Shown here: piece after piece, positions 10,638 through 19,484 of the stretch
Layout: each line of letters starts with the position of its first letter
How positions within the stretch are numbered: the first letter of the stretch is position 1
NCBI GenBank assembly: GCA_963737265.1
Contig: CAVTRY010000011.1
Span: forward strand, 1,056,001-1,120,000
Length of the DNA stretch: 64,000 nucleotides
Source of the DNA: an uncultured delta proteobacterium
GTDB taxonomy: Bacteria > Myxococcota_A > Polyangia > Fen-1088
Reading direction: 5' to 3'
Position numbers and translations under genes: made by a program
The notes under the pieces: generated by a model
What the model saw: the letters and a program-made list of their open reading frames with translations, nothing else
Databases searched by the model: none
Told to the model about the DNA's origin: nothing

Positions 10638-10799
10638 CTAGCCCTTCGGCTTGGCCGGCGGCGGGTCGGCTGGCGTAGGCTCTTCCGGCCCCAGGGGCTT
10701 CGGTGGCTCGCCCCCGAGCACCTGCCCCATGATGCGGTCAAACTCGTCTGCCGGCATTCGTAGCTCCTCGTCCTTGCCCGTGGGCTTCTGTGGCTTCAC
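10638..10799 (-). CDS. 53-aa micro-ORF, last gene of the element operon
   Basis: GTG start overlaps the relE stop (GTGA); MKPQKPTGKDEELRMPADEFDRIMGQVLG, Pro-rich tail. Confidence 0.55.
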   Translation of the reverse strand: MKPQKPTGKDEELRMPADEFDRIMGQVLGGEPPKPLGPEEPTPADPPPAKPKG

Positions 10800-11068
10800 C
10801 TGTACACGTCCTTTCGGTGGTCGATGTCGAGCACGCATACGATCACGCCTCGCACGCAATAGAGAATTCGGTAGTCACCTGAGCGGATACGGTAGATCCG
10901 CTCCGCCCCGTCTGCCATGCCCTGTACGATCTTGGCAGTTGTTGGATGTGGATTGGCGGCGAGTTGCTGGATCTTGGTGACGATTTGCCGACGCGGCTTC
11001 TTGTCGAGCGTCTTGAGGTAGTCAAGGCAGCACCGCGCATAGGCAAAGCCGTAGTATGGAGATGGCAT
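10796..11068 (-). CDS. relE: RelE/StbE-family toxin
   Basis: 90 aa, basic; YRIRSGDYRILY and IDHRKDVYR signature; TGATG overlap with the R-M gene. Confidence 0.9.
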   Translation of the reverse strand: MPSPYYGFAYARCCLDYLKTLDKKPRRQIVTKIQQLAANPHPTTAKIVQGMADGAERIYRIRSGDYRILYCVRGVIVCVLDIDHRKDVYR

Positions 11069-13803
11069 CAGGAGAGTAGCTCATCTAGTTCCGCCTCTAG
11101 CTCCGCGCCCTGCACCATGCTGTCCTTATTCTTTCGAATGCCAGCAAGCCTCGATGCGGCGATGGCCGCGTCGCGCTCATCCTCGGTCAGCGAGGATTCG
11201 TCATCGTCGCCTTCTGGTTCGTCATGCAGTCCTTCTATCTGCTTCGTGAGGAGTGTTGCCCGGTTCCGAAGGGCGACCCTTGTCTCAATGATGTGCCTAG
11301 TTTCGTCAATGATGCGCTTGCGCTCCTTGTCAGACTTCGGCACAGCGACCTTCAACTCAAGGACGCGCTTGCCTAGTGTGTCGATAATGTCCTGTGTGAA
11401 CTGCTTGGAACGAATCTGCCTTTTCACAACAGAGGTGTTTAGGCACGCGAAAAGTAGCCATGGATCAATTATCTTTGGATCTTCGACACGCAACCGGAAA
11501 ATGTGACTCTGGAATAGCATCGGAAGGTCGCTTTCCGTCACCATTGCGCACGTGCCTATGAGGTAGGTGCCGTCGCGAACGATCAAGATGTCCCCAGCAC
11601 GCGCATCCGAGCCAGAAGCATACTCTCCGTATATCGCCCTGCTCACTCCATGCTTGAAATCGGCTCGAATTTCCCACCCAGAAAGGTCCGATGATCGGAT
11701 GAATGGTATTTTGCCGGTTCCATATGCCATCTTCCCTGGCTCGACTCCCGTGGAGAACGAAACGGCTCCAGCATCAACCAGCTCTCCGATCTGCATCAGT
11801 TCGTGCGTCTTCAACAGTGAAACGAGATAATGGTCCAATTCGGGATTGTAATACTTCGGGACAAAGATATTGTTGCGAATCTCATTGGATTTGATGAGGA
11901 ACCCTAGGTGATCCCACTGGTCAGGTGCTCGGCGATTCGTCGTGCGGAAGCGTTCGCCGATCACGGGTACATCATCCAACAGTTCCGATGGTCCGCCCTT
12001 GAGGTTCTTCCGGATAGTAGGGTTACCCCGGCTATCGTGGCCACACCACTTGGCGTCGGCCATGAAGATGTTGTATGGCTGCCTCGGCGGTGTCCCCTTC
12101 TTGAGAAGCATGACACACACCTTGGTGTGAGTTCCGCCTTTGCCGCTTGTCTTAAAAAGAGCTTCCGGCATCGTGACTACGGCACGGATGGTTGTCCGGG
12201 CGAGCAAGAATCCGATCACGTAGGCATAGGACGGATTGCCCAGGATGCTTTCTGGAAGCACGATGCCGACCGATCCGCCCTCTTTGGCCAACTGTAGGCA
12301 GCGCTCCAAAAACAGCAGTTGGGGGACCTGATCATCGCGCACGTCAGTCTTATCAAATTCCAGGTCGCCCCCGTCTGCATTCTCGCGCCATTTGTGGCCA
12401 AGGGCGTACTGCACCAGGGTTTCCTTGGTATCGATCTTGAGCTTCGCACCAAAGGGAGGATTCGCTACGACAACCTGAAAGGTTCCCAGCTTGATTGCGT
12501 GGCGCGGTACAGGGTCCCACTGGTCGTGTGGGAGTAGACTGTTCAGGGAGAAGACTCCGCCACGACCATCACCCATTATGGCCATGTATGCCTTCGTCAC
12601 CTTGGCAAGGAAGGAGTCCTTGTCGATTCCTCGGAAACACTGCGATGCTACGCGGATCTTCTTTTGCTCCAACTGCGAAGCTGACCATGCCTTGCGCTTT
12701 CCCTCAGCTTCCAGCTTCCGCCAGACGTTTTCCAGCGCACCAATCAGGAAGCCGCCCGAACCGCACGCTGGGTCTACTATCCAGTCCCCCGGCACGACAT
12801 CGATCATGTCCATGAGCATTTGGACCACGTTGCGAGGTGTAAAGAATTGGCCATCTGCTCCTCGCAGAGCGGGACCAATGAACGTCTCGAACGCGTCCCC
12901 TATGGCATCGCGGCTCGCCCTCGTGAGACAGTAGTTTTGCAGCTCTCCGACAACGTAGGCGACGCTTGGGGCATCAAGCGAAATACTTTCGTGCTCGTCG
13001 AAAACGTCCGCATACTCTGCTTTCACTTTATCATTGAAGATTTCGAGTATTCTTTCTTTGGTGTCGGCTGGTTCCTCGTCGATTCCAGTGTGGAATGACA
13101 CTGCCTCGTCCGGTTCGGTATTCAGTTCGTCGTATAGCTTGCAGAAGAGAATGTTGATGATCTCTTTTGCCACCGCTTCGTCGCGCGTGGTCCCCTGGGT
13201 CAACTGGGCCAGATGGTTGCGTATGTCGCGAAACACAGCTCGAATGTTCGACGGCGGAACCAAATCGCGACGCTTGAACAGTCCGACATCTTCAATGCGC
13301 TGGCCACGCCTAGGGATCGAAGAGATATTCTCATAGTTGCGTTTCCCGTTGCGAAAGACCTTGCGAATGTAGAGGTGCTCGTCGCCGTTGAACCACACTC
13401 CTATGTCGGCCGGCGACATGTCCAGGTAAAGCTTCAATTGAGCAAGGCCATCCTTGCTCGTCTTCTTTTTACACTCAACCACCATGAACAGGTGGTCTTC
13501 TATCTTCTCGGCGTCCTTAAAGACGGCGATGTCGACCGGATACGCCCTTGCCTCGTCCGACGGGCGACTGCGAACCCTGAACTGTGGCCGCGTCTGAATC
13601 TGCGCCTTGTGATAACCGAAATCCTCTACCAGTCTCCTGGCAAAGACCTGTACAGCTTCGTATTCTTCACGAGTAGCTCTGACGGGAAGCTCGCTGATGA
13701 AGTCAATGAGCGTCCCCTCGGCGGGAATTTCGCTCAATTCCGATCCTGCGGGATCGTTGGGTCCGCTTGATGGCGTTTCCTGTCGCTTGGCCAACTTTGC
13801 CAT
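11068..13803 (-). CDS. Single-chain restriction-modification enzyme (HsdR-N-like nuclease + N6-adenine MTase + one TRD; type IIG-like) with acidic antitoxin-like C-terminal tail
   Basis: PVDIAVF..VECKK..QLKLY nuclease; GQFFTP, DPACGSGGFL, NPPF; TRD IPFIRSSDL..GDILI. Confidence 0.88.
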   Translation of the reverse strand: MAKLAKRQETPSSGPNDPAGSELSEIPAEGTLIDFISELPVRATREEYEAVQVFARRLVEDFGYHKAQIQTRPQFRVRSRPSDEARAYPVDIAVFKDAEKIEDHLFMVVECKKKTSKDGLAQLKLYLDMSPADIGVWFNGDEHLYIRKVFRNGKRNYENISSIPRRGQRIEDVGLFKRRDLVPPSNIRAVFRDIRNHLAQLTQGTTRDEAVAKEIINILFCKLYDELNTEPDEAVSFHTGIDEEPADTKERILEIFNDKVKAEYADVFDEHESISLDAPSVAYVVGELQNYCLTRASRDAIGDAFETFIGPALRGADGQFFTPRNVVQMLMDMIDVVPGDWIVDPACGSGGFLIGALENVWRKLEAEGKRKAWSASQLEQKKIRVASQCFRGIDKDSFLAKVTKAYMAIMGDGRGGVFSLNSLLPHDQWDPVPRHAIKLGTFQVVVANPPFGAKLKIDTKETLVQYALGHKWRENADGGDLEFDKTDVRDDQVPQLLFLERCLQLAKEGGSVGIVLPESILGNPSYAYVIGFLLARTTIRAVVTMPEALFKTSGKGGTHTKVCVMLLKKGTPPRQPYNIFMADAKWCGHDSRGNPTIRKNLKGGPSELLDDVPVIGERFRTTNRRAPDQWDHLGFLIKSNEIRNNIFVPKYYNPELDHYLVSLLKTHELMQIGELVDAGAVSFSTGVEPGKMAYGTGKIPFIRSSDLSGWEIRADFKHGVSRAIYGEYASGSDARAGDILIVRDGTYLIGTCAMVTESDLPMLFQSHIFRLRVEDPKIIDPWLLFACLNTSVVKRQIRSKQFTQDIIDTLGKRVLELKVAVPKSDKERKRIIDETRHIIETRVALRNRATLLTKQIEGLHDEPEGDDDESSLTEDERDAAIAASRLAGIRKNKDSMVQGAELEAELDELLS

Positions 13804-13806
13804 GGT

Positions 13807-14775
13807 CTAGCTCGCCTTCCGTTGCGGAGAATGGAGCATGAGGCGCTTGCCTTCCATGCGGAGGATGCCGACCACGGTGCGCTCGCCGTCGGTCATCTTG
13901 CGGGTGTTGTACTTGTGGTCAAGCTCGGCGAAGTAGAGGTGCGTGTGCTTGTAGCTGATGCTGTGGTGGGTGCCGTCAATGCTGCGCTTGGAGTTTCCGA
14001 AGAAGCCCTCGGCGGTGTTCGTGGTCACGCGCACGCCATCTTCTGCCGTGCGCGCGTACTCCTCGATGCTGTGGTTGACGGTCTCGTGTGAAGAGAAGTC
14101 CTTGCCGACCTTTGTGTAGAGCGGGGATTCGTCGGTGTGCAGACTGGCTTCCTCGTTGACGTGTTCCTTCAAGAGCTTCGTGATCGCTTCGCCGGTCACG
14201 TGGTCGACCACGCGGGAGCGCACTCGGCCTCCGCGTTCAATGAGCGATACGACTGGCGTCTTGTTTCCCACGTAGCCCCGGCCTCGACCGCGCATCTTAC
14301 CACCCAGGTAGGTCTCGTCAGCTTCCACGATCCCGGTGAGCTGGTCCGACGGGAAGATGTCGGCGAGGGCGAAGCGGATGCGATGGCAGAGGAACAGGGC
14401 GCTGTGGTAGGAGCCAATCTCAAGCTGGCGTTGAAGCTGAAGCGCCGAGACCTGCGTCTTGCTCGCGCACATCATGTAGAAAGCGATCAGCCACTTGTTC
14501 AACGGAATGTGGCTGTCTTCCATGACCGTTCCGACGGTGACGGTGAAGGTGTCCTGGCACTCGGCGCACTTGTACATGCCCTGTCGGATCTTCGCGGCGC
14601 GGTTCGCGGTCAGCGCGTAGATCCTGAACTCATCGGCGTTTCCACAGTGCGGGCAGCTTCGGCCGTTGGCCCAGCGCACGCCCTCGAAGTACGCGCGCGC
14701 GGCTTCTTCCGTTGAGAAGCGAGCCATCACAGTCATCAGCGTGAGGTCGGAGCCGGTTGCGTTCTTCGTTGCCAT
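13807..14775 (-). CDS. IS1595-family (ISXO2-like) transposase
   Basis: Zn ribbon CPHC..CAEC, VEADETY, LHTDE, VNHS and TNTAEGFF motifs. Confidence 0.95.
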   Translation of the reverse strand: MATKNATGSDLTLMTVMARFSTEEAARAYFEGVRWANGRSCPHCGNADEFRIYALTANRAAKIRQGMYKCAECQDTFTVTVGTVMEDSHIPLNKWLIAFYMMCASKTQVSALQLQRQLEIGSYHSALFLCHRIRFALADIFPSDQLTGIVEADETYLGGKMRGRGRGYVGNKTPVVSLIERGGRVRSRVVDHVTGEAITKLLKEHVNEEASLHTDESPLYTKVGKDFSSHETVNHSIEEYARTAEDGVRVTTNTAEGFFGNSKRSIDGTHHSISYKHTHLYFAELDHKYNTRKMTDGERTVVGILRMEGKRLMLHSPQRKAS

Positions 14776-14781
14776 GATCTG

Positions 14782-14810
14782 AAGATAGTATGATCTGAAT
14801 TATGGCGCAA
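14782..14810 (-). promoter_or_regulatory. Putative leaderless promoter of the tnp-RM-relE operon
   Basis: TTGCGC-N17-TATCTT-N6-ATG. Confidence 0.6.
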
Positions 14811-14816
14811 CCAAAA

Positions 14817-15047
14817 TCAACCTGTGTCTGTCGATTCTGTAGGATGCGTTAAACGCACAGCAGCCTCAACCGCCCATCTGCGAACACAGACCGAGTGGTC
14901 TTGCTCAAGAAAACGAGCTGCTGCCAGGATGGTGGCGCGTTCTTCGTCGGTAAGCGTCACATGAATCGTGTTCTGCTTGCGCCGTGGGTTTGGGGTGCGC
15001 GGGCGACCACGGCGGCGTTGGCTTTGTTCTGGCTGGGTTGAGTCCAT
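14817..15047 (-). CDS. Small DNA-binding regulator (RRGRPR hook + ribbon-helix-helix-like)
   Basis: RRRGRPR then IHVTLTDEERATILAAA..SVCVRRWAVEAA. Confidence 0.65.
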   Translation of the reverse strand: MDSTQPEQSQRRRGRPRTPNPRRKQNTIHVTLTDEERATILAAARFLEQDHSVCVRRWAVEAAVRLTHPTESTDTG

Positions 15048-15053
15048 GCACAC

Positions 15054-15082
15054 AACCTACCAGCACACTAATTTAAGCGCAA
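15054..15082 (-). promoter_or_regulatory. Putative leaderless promoter of the regulator
   Basis: TTGCGC-N17-TAGGTT-N6-ATG with extended -10 TG. Confidence 0.6.
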
Positions 15083-15976
15083 CTAAATCATCCTAGGGTT
15101 TGACGTTCCGTGAACTAGGGCGTCACGTCGGGCGGTGTTGTGAAGTGCATACTCGCCGAACGAAGCATGGCGCCTTCAAGCACTGGGAGCTGGAGAGATG
15201 CCTCGATGAGAAGACCTGTCCGCTCCAGCGCGAGGTGGTTCAAAACCCGAAGTTCCTAACTGGACTCCGCCACGAAATCGAACACCAGATGACCACGCGT
15301 ATTGATGACCTTCTCAGTGCGCGTTTCCAAGCCTGCTGCATCAACTACCACGATGCCAGTGTGGCGCTCTTTGGCGAGGACCACGGCATCGCGAAGCACC
15401 TCGCTGTCAGCTTGCAGTTCGCATCTCTTGGTGCTGAGCAGATCGAGACCCTGGACCAACATCCGGGACTTCCGGGGTACGTAAGGCGATACATCGAGGG
15501 CTTCGATGGCGCACTGACTGCCGACGACTACACGAGCCCGAAGTTCGCCTACCGGGTCATCTTCGTCCCGAAGACGGTGAATCATCCGAGCCAGGCCGAC
15601 CAGGTCATCAAATTCGTCAAGGCTGACTCAGCGGTCGCCCAGCAAGTCAATGCCACCTACGCGGTCGTAAAGGAAACCGAGAAGCCCAAATGTCTTCCGT
15701 CGGAAATCGTCAGGAAGATGAAAGAGGAGGGTTTCCCTCGATTCGGCATGCACCAGCATACGGAACTCTGGAAAAGTATAGACGCCAAGGACATGGGCAA
15801 GGGCTTTGGCGTCTCCATCGGCAAGACCTGGTACTGGTACGACCCATGGCTGGATGAGGTTCGCAAGCATTGCAGGGACAAGAAGGAGAAGTACCAATGA
15901 CTTCAGGGTCCGGTGCGCGTGAAAGAACTTTGGCCTTCACCCTCAATTCCCTGGGCTTTACGAAGGAACTCGTGCC

Positions 15977-16297
15977 ATGAACCAGGCCGATTTTGAAGGA
16001 CTCCTGAACGACACGACCAAGCGCGTGATCGGCGATGTCACATGGGCGGTTGACGAGGACCGCTCGCCGGCCGTGGAGTTCCGCGTGGATCACAACCCCA
16101 CTTGCACGAACACCGGCGAGAAGCACAAGCACCGCTGGCGCAAGCCGGTGCGGGACAAGGAAGCGTACGTCCCTGATGACATCACCGCGCCACCGACCGA
16201 TCCTGTTTCCGTCTGGCGCCAGTTCTGCGCTGAGGCCAAGATTAACCACGACGGCGTCATGCACCCGCCGCCGCCAGTTCAGATGGAGCTGCTATGA
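15977..16297 (+). CDS. Hypothetical (DUF6978-like, HKH motif), possibly internally deleted
   Basis: HNP..GEKHKHRW..EAY..FC; ATGA-coupled to the DUF1828-like gene. Confidence 0.5.
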   Translation: MNQADFEGLLNDTTKRVIGDVTWAVDEDRSPAVEFRVDHNPTCTNTGEKHKHRWRKPVRDKEAYVPDDITAPPTDPVSVWRQFCAEAKINHDGVMHPPPPVQMELL

Positions 16298-17078
16298 GCC
16301 TAGCCGCTAGCGACATTCTCACCGACAAGTTGGGCCCGCTGTTTTCGTATGACCAGGTGAATGGCTTCACCCGGATACGGACGCCGTTCCTCTATCCGGA
16401 TGGCGACGTGATCGACCTCTTCCTTCAGGAGCAGTCCGGCTCGATGACAGTCACCGACTTGGGCGAGACCATGCGCTGGCTGCGCGGCCAGTGCATCTCT
16501 CCCCGTAGGTCGCCGAAGCAAAGAGCCTTGATCGAGGATGTCTGCCTGAATCATGGGATCGAGTTCTTCCGGGGCATGCTGGTCGCGCGGGTGAAGCCCG
16601 GCGACAACGTCGCGGCGGTCGTCATGCGTGCCGCGCAGGCGTGCCTTCGCGCGGCCGACGTGTGGTTCACCATGCGAACGCGGTCGGTGGAAAGTGTCAC
16701 CGACGAGGTGGAGGTCTTCCTGGGTTTGAACGCAGCCAGCCGTTGGTCGGTCGGTCGGGGAGGACCTGGCGACCCGACTTTCATACGCGCACGCCCAAAC
16801 GCAGCTCGCTGGTCTGCGTCCTGAGCACGGGTAGCAGGGCCGCGGCCAAGAACGTCACCGAACATGTGCTGGCCGCTTGGTACGACCTCAACGTCCTCGC
16901 GATTGGCCCCGAAGGTTTGCAGTTCGTCTCGCTGTTCGACGACACCATGGACGTCTGGAGTGACCAGGACTTCAACCTTCTGAAGGACATTTCCACCCTC
17001 ACGCGTTGGTCGCAGCCCGAGGGATTCATCGAAGCGTTGGCAGCCACCCCTATTGAAATGGCGGCTCGAACGACGTAG
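16294..17078 (+). pseudogene. DUF1828-like protein, frameshifted at about 16720
   Basis: IRTPFLYPDGDVIDLF..VTDLGET N-part; GRSGRTWRPDF C-part lies in another frame. Confidence 0.7.
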
Positions 17079-17083
17079 AGAAC

Positions 17084-17635
17084 ATGGAGCAGATGCGATC
17101 CCTGTCGCCGCCCGATATCGAGTCCGAGCTGAGCTATGCCTACCTGCACGCGGTGGCATCCAAGGCAGGTATGTCCTGTCGCTGTGGCAATCGGCATGAA
17201 GACAACAGCGGGACCGACGCCATCGTGACCGCGTGGTTGCCGCCCGTAGACCCCTCGACCCTGACGGAGGTGACCATCAACGTCCAGCTCAAGGCCACCG
17301 TCAAGAACCCCGGCGAGGATGGCGTGAACCTCTCGTATTTCCTCGGCGAACCCAAGCGCTACCACGATCTGCGCTCAGAGACGGTCGCCGTGCCGAGGAT
17401 TCTGGTGGTTCTGTTTCTGCCGCACGATGCCTCCGAGTGGCTGCATCATTCGCCTGAACAGCTCGCGCTCCGTCGCTGCGCCTACTGGGAGAGCCTCCGA
17501 GGAGCGCCGGAAATCACGACGACCTCTGGCACCACCGTCAAGCTGCCTAAGACTCACGTCTTTTCCCCTGAAGGGCTGACCCATCTCACTACACGTCTGT
17601 CGCGTAGGGACTTTCCTCGCTACGGTGTTGCATGA
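17084..17635 (+). CDS. DUF4365 PD-(D/E)xK-like protein
   Basis: LSYAYLHAVAS..D..GTD..VQLKAT..PRILVVL..CAYW. Confidence 0.8.
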   Translation: MEQMRSLSPPDIESELSYAYLHAVASKAGMSCRCGNRHEDNSGTDAIVTAWLPPVDPSTLTEVTINVQLKATVKNPGEDGVNLSYFLGEPKRYHDLRSETVAVPRILVVLFLPHDASEWLHHSPEQLALRRCAYWESLRGAPEITTTSGTTVKLPKTHVFSPEGLTHLTTRLSRRDFPRYGVA

Positions 17636-18768
17636 ACCTGGAAACCCTCATTCCGCCCACGGACCTACGCGACTACGCCAAGGAGCGAGGTTGGGTCTTG
17701 GTCAAGGAAGCCGCGAAGGATCGACTCTGCGTCATGAACCATCCGCGCTTCGAGAGGAGGCAGTTGGTGTTCCCGATGGACACCACGGCTCCAGACTACT
17801 CTGAGGCCGTGATGCTGGTTCTGGAAAAGCTAGCGATCATCGAAGGGCGCAGCAGGGAGGACGTCTTCAAGAACGTCGTAGAGGCGGGTGATGACGCCAT
17901 CGCCTTCCGGGTGACCACACCTCGGCTCGACGATCGTTCCGTGCCACTTGCCTATGCCGGATCGCTGCTGGCCGGCGCACAGCAGTTGCTCTTAGCGTCG
18001 GCGTGTACCGTGCTCAAGCCACAGCTACATCATCCAAGACTCAGCAGAGTGGAAGCGCAGCAGTTCCTGGACACGGCCAGGTTCCGCCATACCCAGCCGG
18101 GAAGCTTCGTGCTCAACATTTCCTGCCCGGTGCGAGCCATGGATGTGCAGTCCGCGCTACTGCCCGAGGAGACCGATGCGCCATTCGTTCGCAGGGCCAC
18201 GGTGGCCCTACGAAAGGGCGTCGGGCAGCTGGTCACAGCGATCGAGACCGACTCGTTGGACGACTTCGTAGATTCCGCCAGGAAGGCGCCGAGCCCGGTC
18301 GTATCGTCAAACCTTTGCGAGGCGCTCACGCACTTCGAGGACTCGTCGCTCAAGAGCTCGGTCGAGATCGGGATTACGTGGGCGGCCTTGCTCCCGAGGC
18401 CCGTCAATGAAGGGTATGTGTCTGTGGTGCGGGTCCAACACGACTATTTTCCACGCATCGAGGAGGTTCGCCGGGAGCTGCGGGCAACCGAAGCACATCT
18501 CGAAGATGTCTTCCCCGGAACCGTCGAGCGGCTGGACGGCGAGATGGGGACGGACAGCAGGCGTTCTGGCGAGGTGATCCTGTCGCTTCTGACGGCGGAC
18601 GGCGAGCAGGTACGAGCGCGCGCGAGCCTCGATGCGGACCAATACGAGCAGGCTGACAAGGCCCACATGACGGACGGGGCATTCGTAAAGGTCAAAGGCA
18701 AGTTGCATCCCGGTCGCCAGCCGAGGCACCTGAGCGACATCCAAGCGTTCGAGCTGCTGATCAAGTAG
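17632..18768 (+). CDS. Hypothetical protein coupled to DUF4365
   Basis: 378-aa ORF, ATGA overlap; FRHTQPGSF motif; OB-like C-terminus. Confidence 0.75.
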   Translation: MNLETLIPPTDLRDYAKERGWVLVKEAAKDRLCVMNHPRFERRQLVFPMDTTAPDYSEAVMLVLEKLAIIEGRSREDVFKNVVEAGDDAIAFRVTTPRLDDRSVPLAYAGSLLAGAQQLLLASACTVLKPQLHHPRLSRVEAQQFLDTARFRHTQPGSFVLNISCPVRAMDVQSALLPEETDAPFVRRATVALRKGVGQLVTAIETDSLDDFVDSARKAPSPVVSSNLCEALTHFEDSSLKSSVEIGITWAALLPRPVNEGYVSVVRVQHDYFPRIEEVRRELRATEAHLEDVFPGTVERLDGEMGTDSRRSGEVILSLLTADGEQVRARASLDADQYEQADKAHMTDGAFVKVKGKLHPGRQPRHLSDIQAFELLIK

Positions 18769-18836
18769 GCGAATCCCAGGCGAGACGGCATTGCCCGCGG
18801 GCCGTTGACCACGCGTTCGACAATCCAAGGGTCGGG

Positions 18837-19394
18837 TCAAATTGGGCTACAATGGCTGGGACGATGACTGCACAAGCAAAGCGCCTTGTCGAAGTCGTCC
18901 ATGACTTGCGCCTTGACCTTGGCCGCGGCCGGTTGGGTGTCGAGGCGTTCGCGCAAGGCCACGGCCGACGCTACCTGCGATGGACCGATGGGGCGCAGCT
19001 CGGCGTCGAGGCCATCTGGGAACAGCGCCTTGAACGCCGGTCCGCCGGTGGCGCTGTTGTCCGTCGCGTGGGCGAGCAGGGCGACCTGCCGGATGGTGCG
19101 CTCGAGCGCATGCTCGGAGAAGTCGCGTGAGTGACGGTGGGCTTTGCCCAACGTCACTCGCCGCGGGAGTTGGTAAGAACCCTTTGAGGGTTCTTACTCA
19201 AGGTCAACGCGCAGATCGGTCATCGCCTGCTCCGCCTCCACGCGCGCCGTTGCCGCTACTCGCAGGGCATCCTGCACGGGCTGAAACGCGCTGGCCAATG
19301 CTTTTGTTCCTTCACTCTGTGCCAGCGCGGCCAGGTGATAGCGCCCCAGGTCCAACATCGACTCCGAGGCCATTGCGGGTTTCACACTACGCAT
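18837..19394 (-). pseudogene. Degraded copy 1 of a helical hypothetical gene
   Basis: Near-identical to 20784-21387; 78-bp insert with an in-frame stop; 3' truncated. Confidence 0.7.
19123..19200. repeat. 78-bp double-hairpin insert, copy 1
   Basis: GTAAGAACCC-TTTGA-GGGTTCTTAC hairpin (19173-19197); same element at 21032-21109. Confidence 0.75.
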
Positions 19395-19484
19395 GGGTTC
19401 CTCCAGTCCCGCCTCCGTGGCGGGCAAGTGACACGGATTGTTGCCGGACATGCGGGGCGTGTCAAGAGGGGCGAATGCGGCCGG

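Larger units (their letters stand above)
10574..15157 (-). mobile_element. IS1595-family transporter element with passenger genes, 4584 bp
   Basis: Perfect 24-bp TIRs GGCGAGTATGCACTTCACAACACC (10574-10597, 15134-15157); 8-bp TSD GAACGAAG (10566-10573, 15158-15165). Confidence 0.96.
10325..15900 (+). pseudogene. DUF3644-domain protein interrupted by the IS1595 cargo element (10325-10573 + 15166-15900)
   Basis: LLKKSREAALAAVQIFNNP..WTYLLHAYY..FDRTK rejoins HGAFKHWELERCL..LRHEIEH in frame after removing the element and one TSD. Confidence 0.85.
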
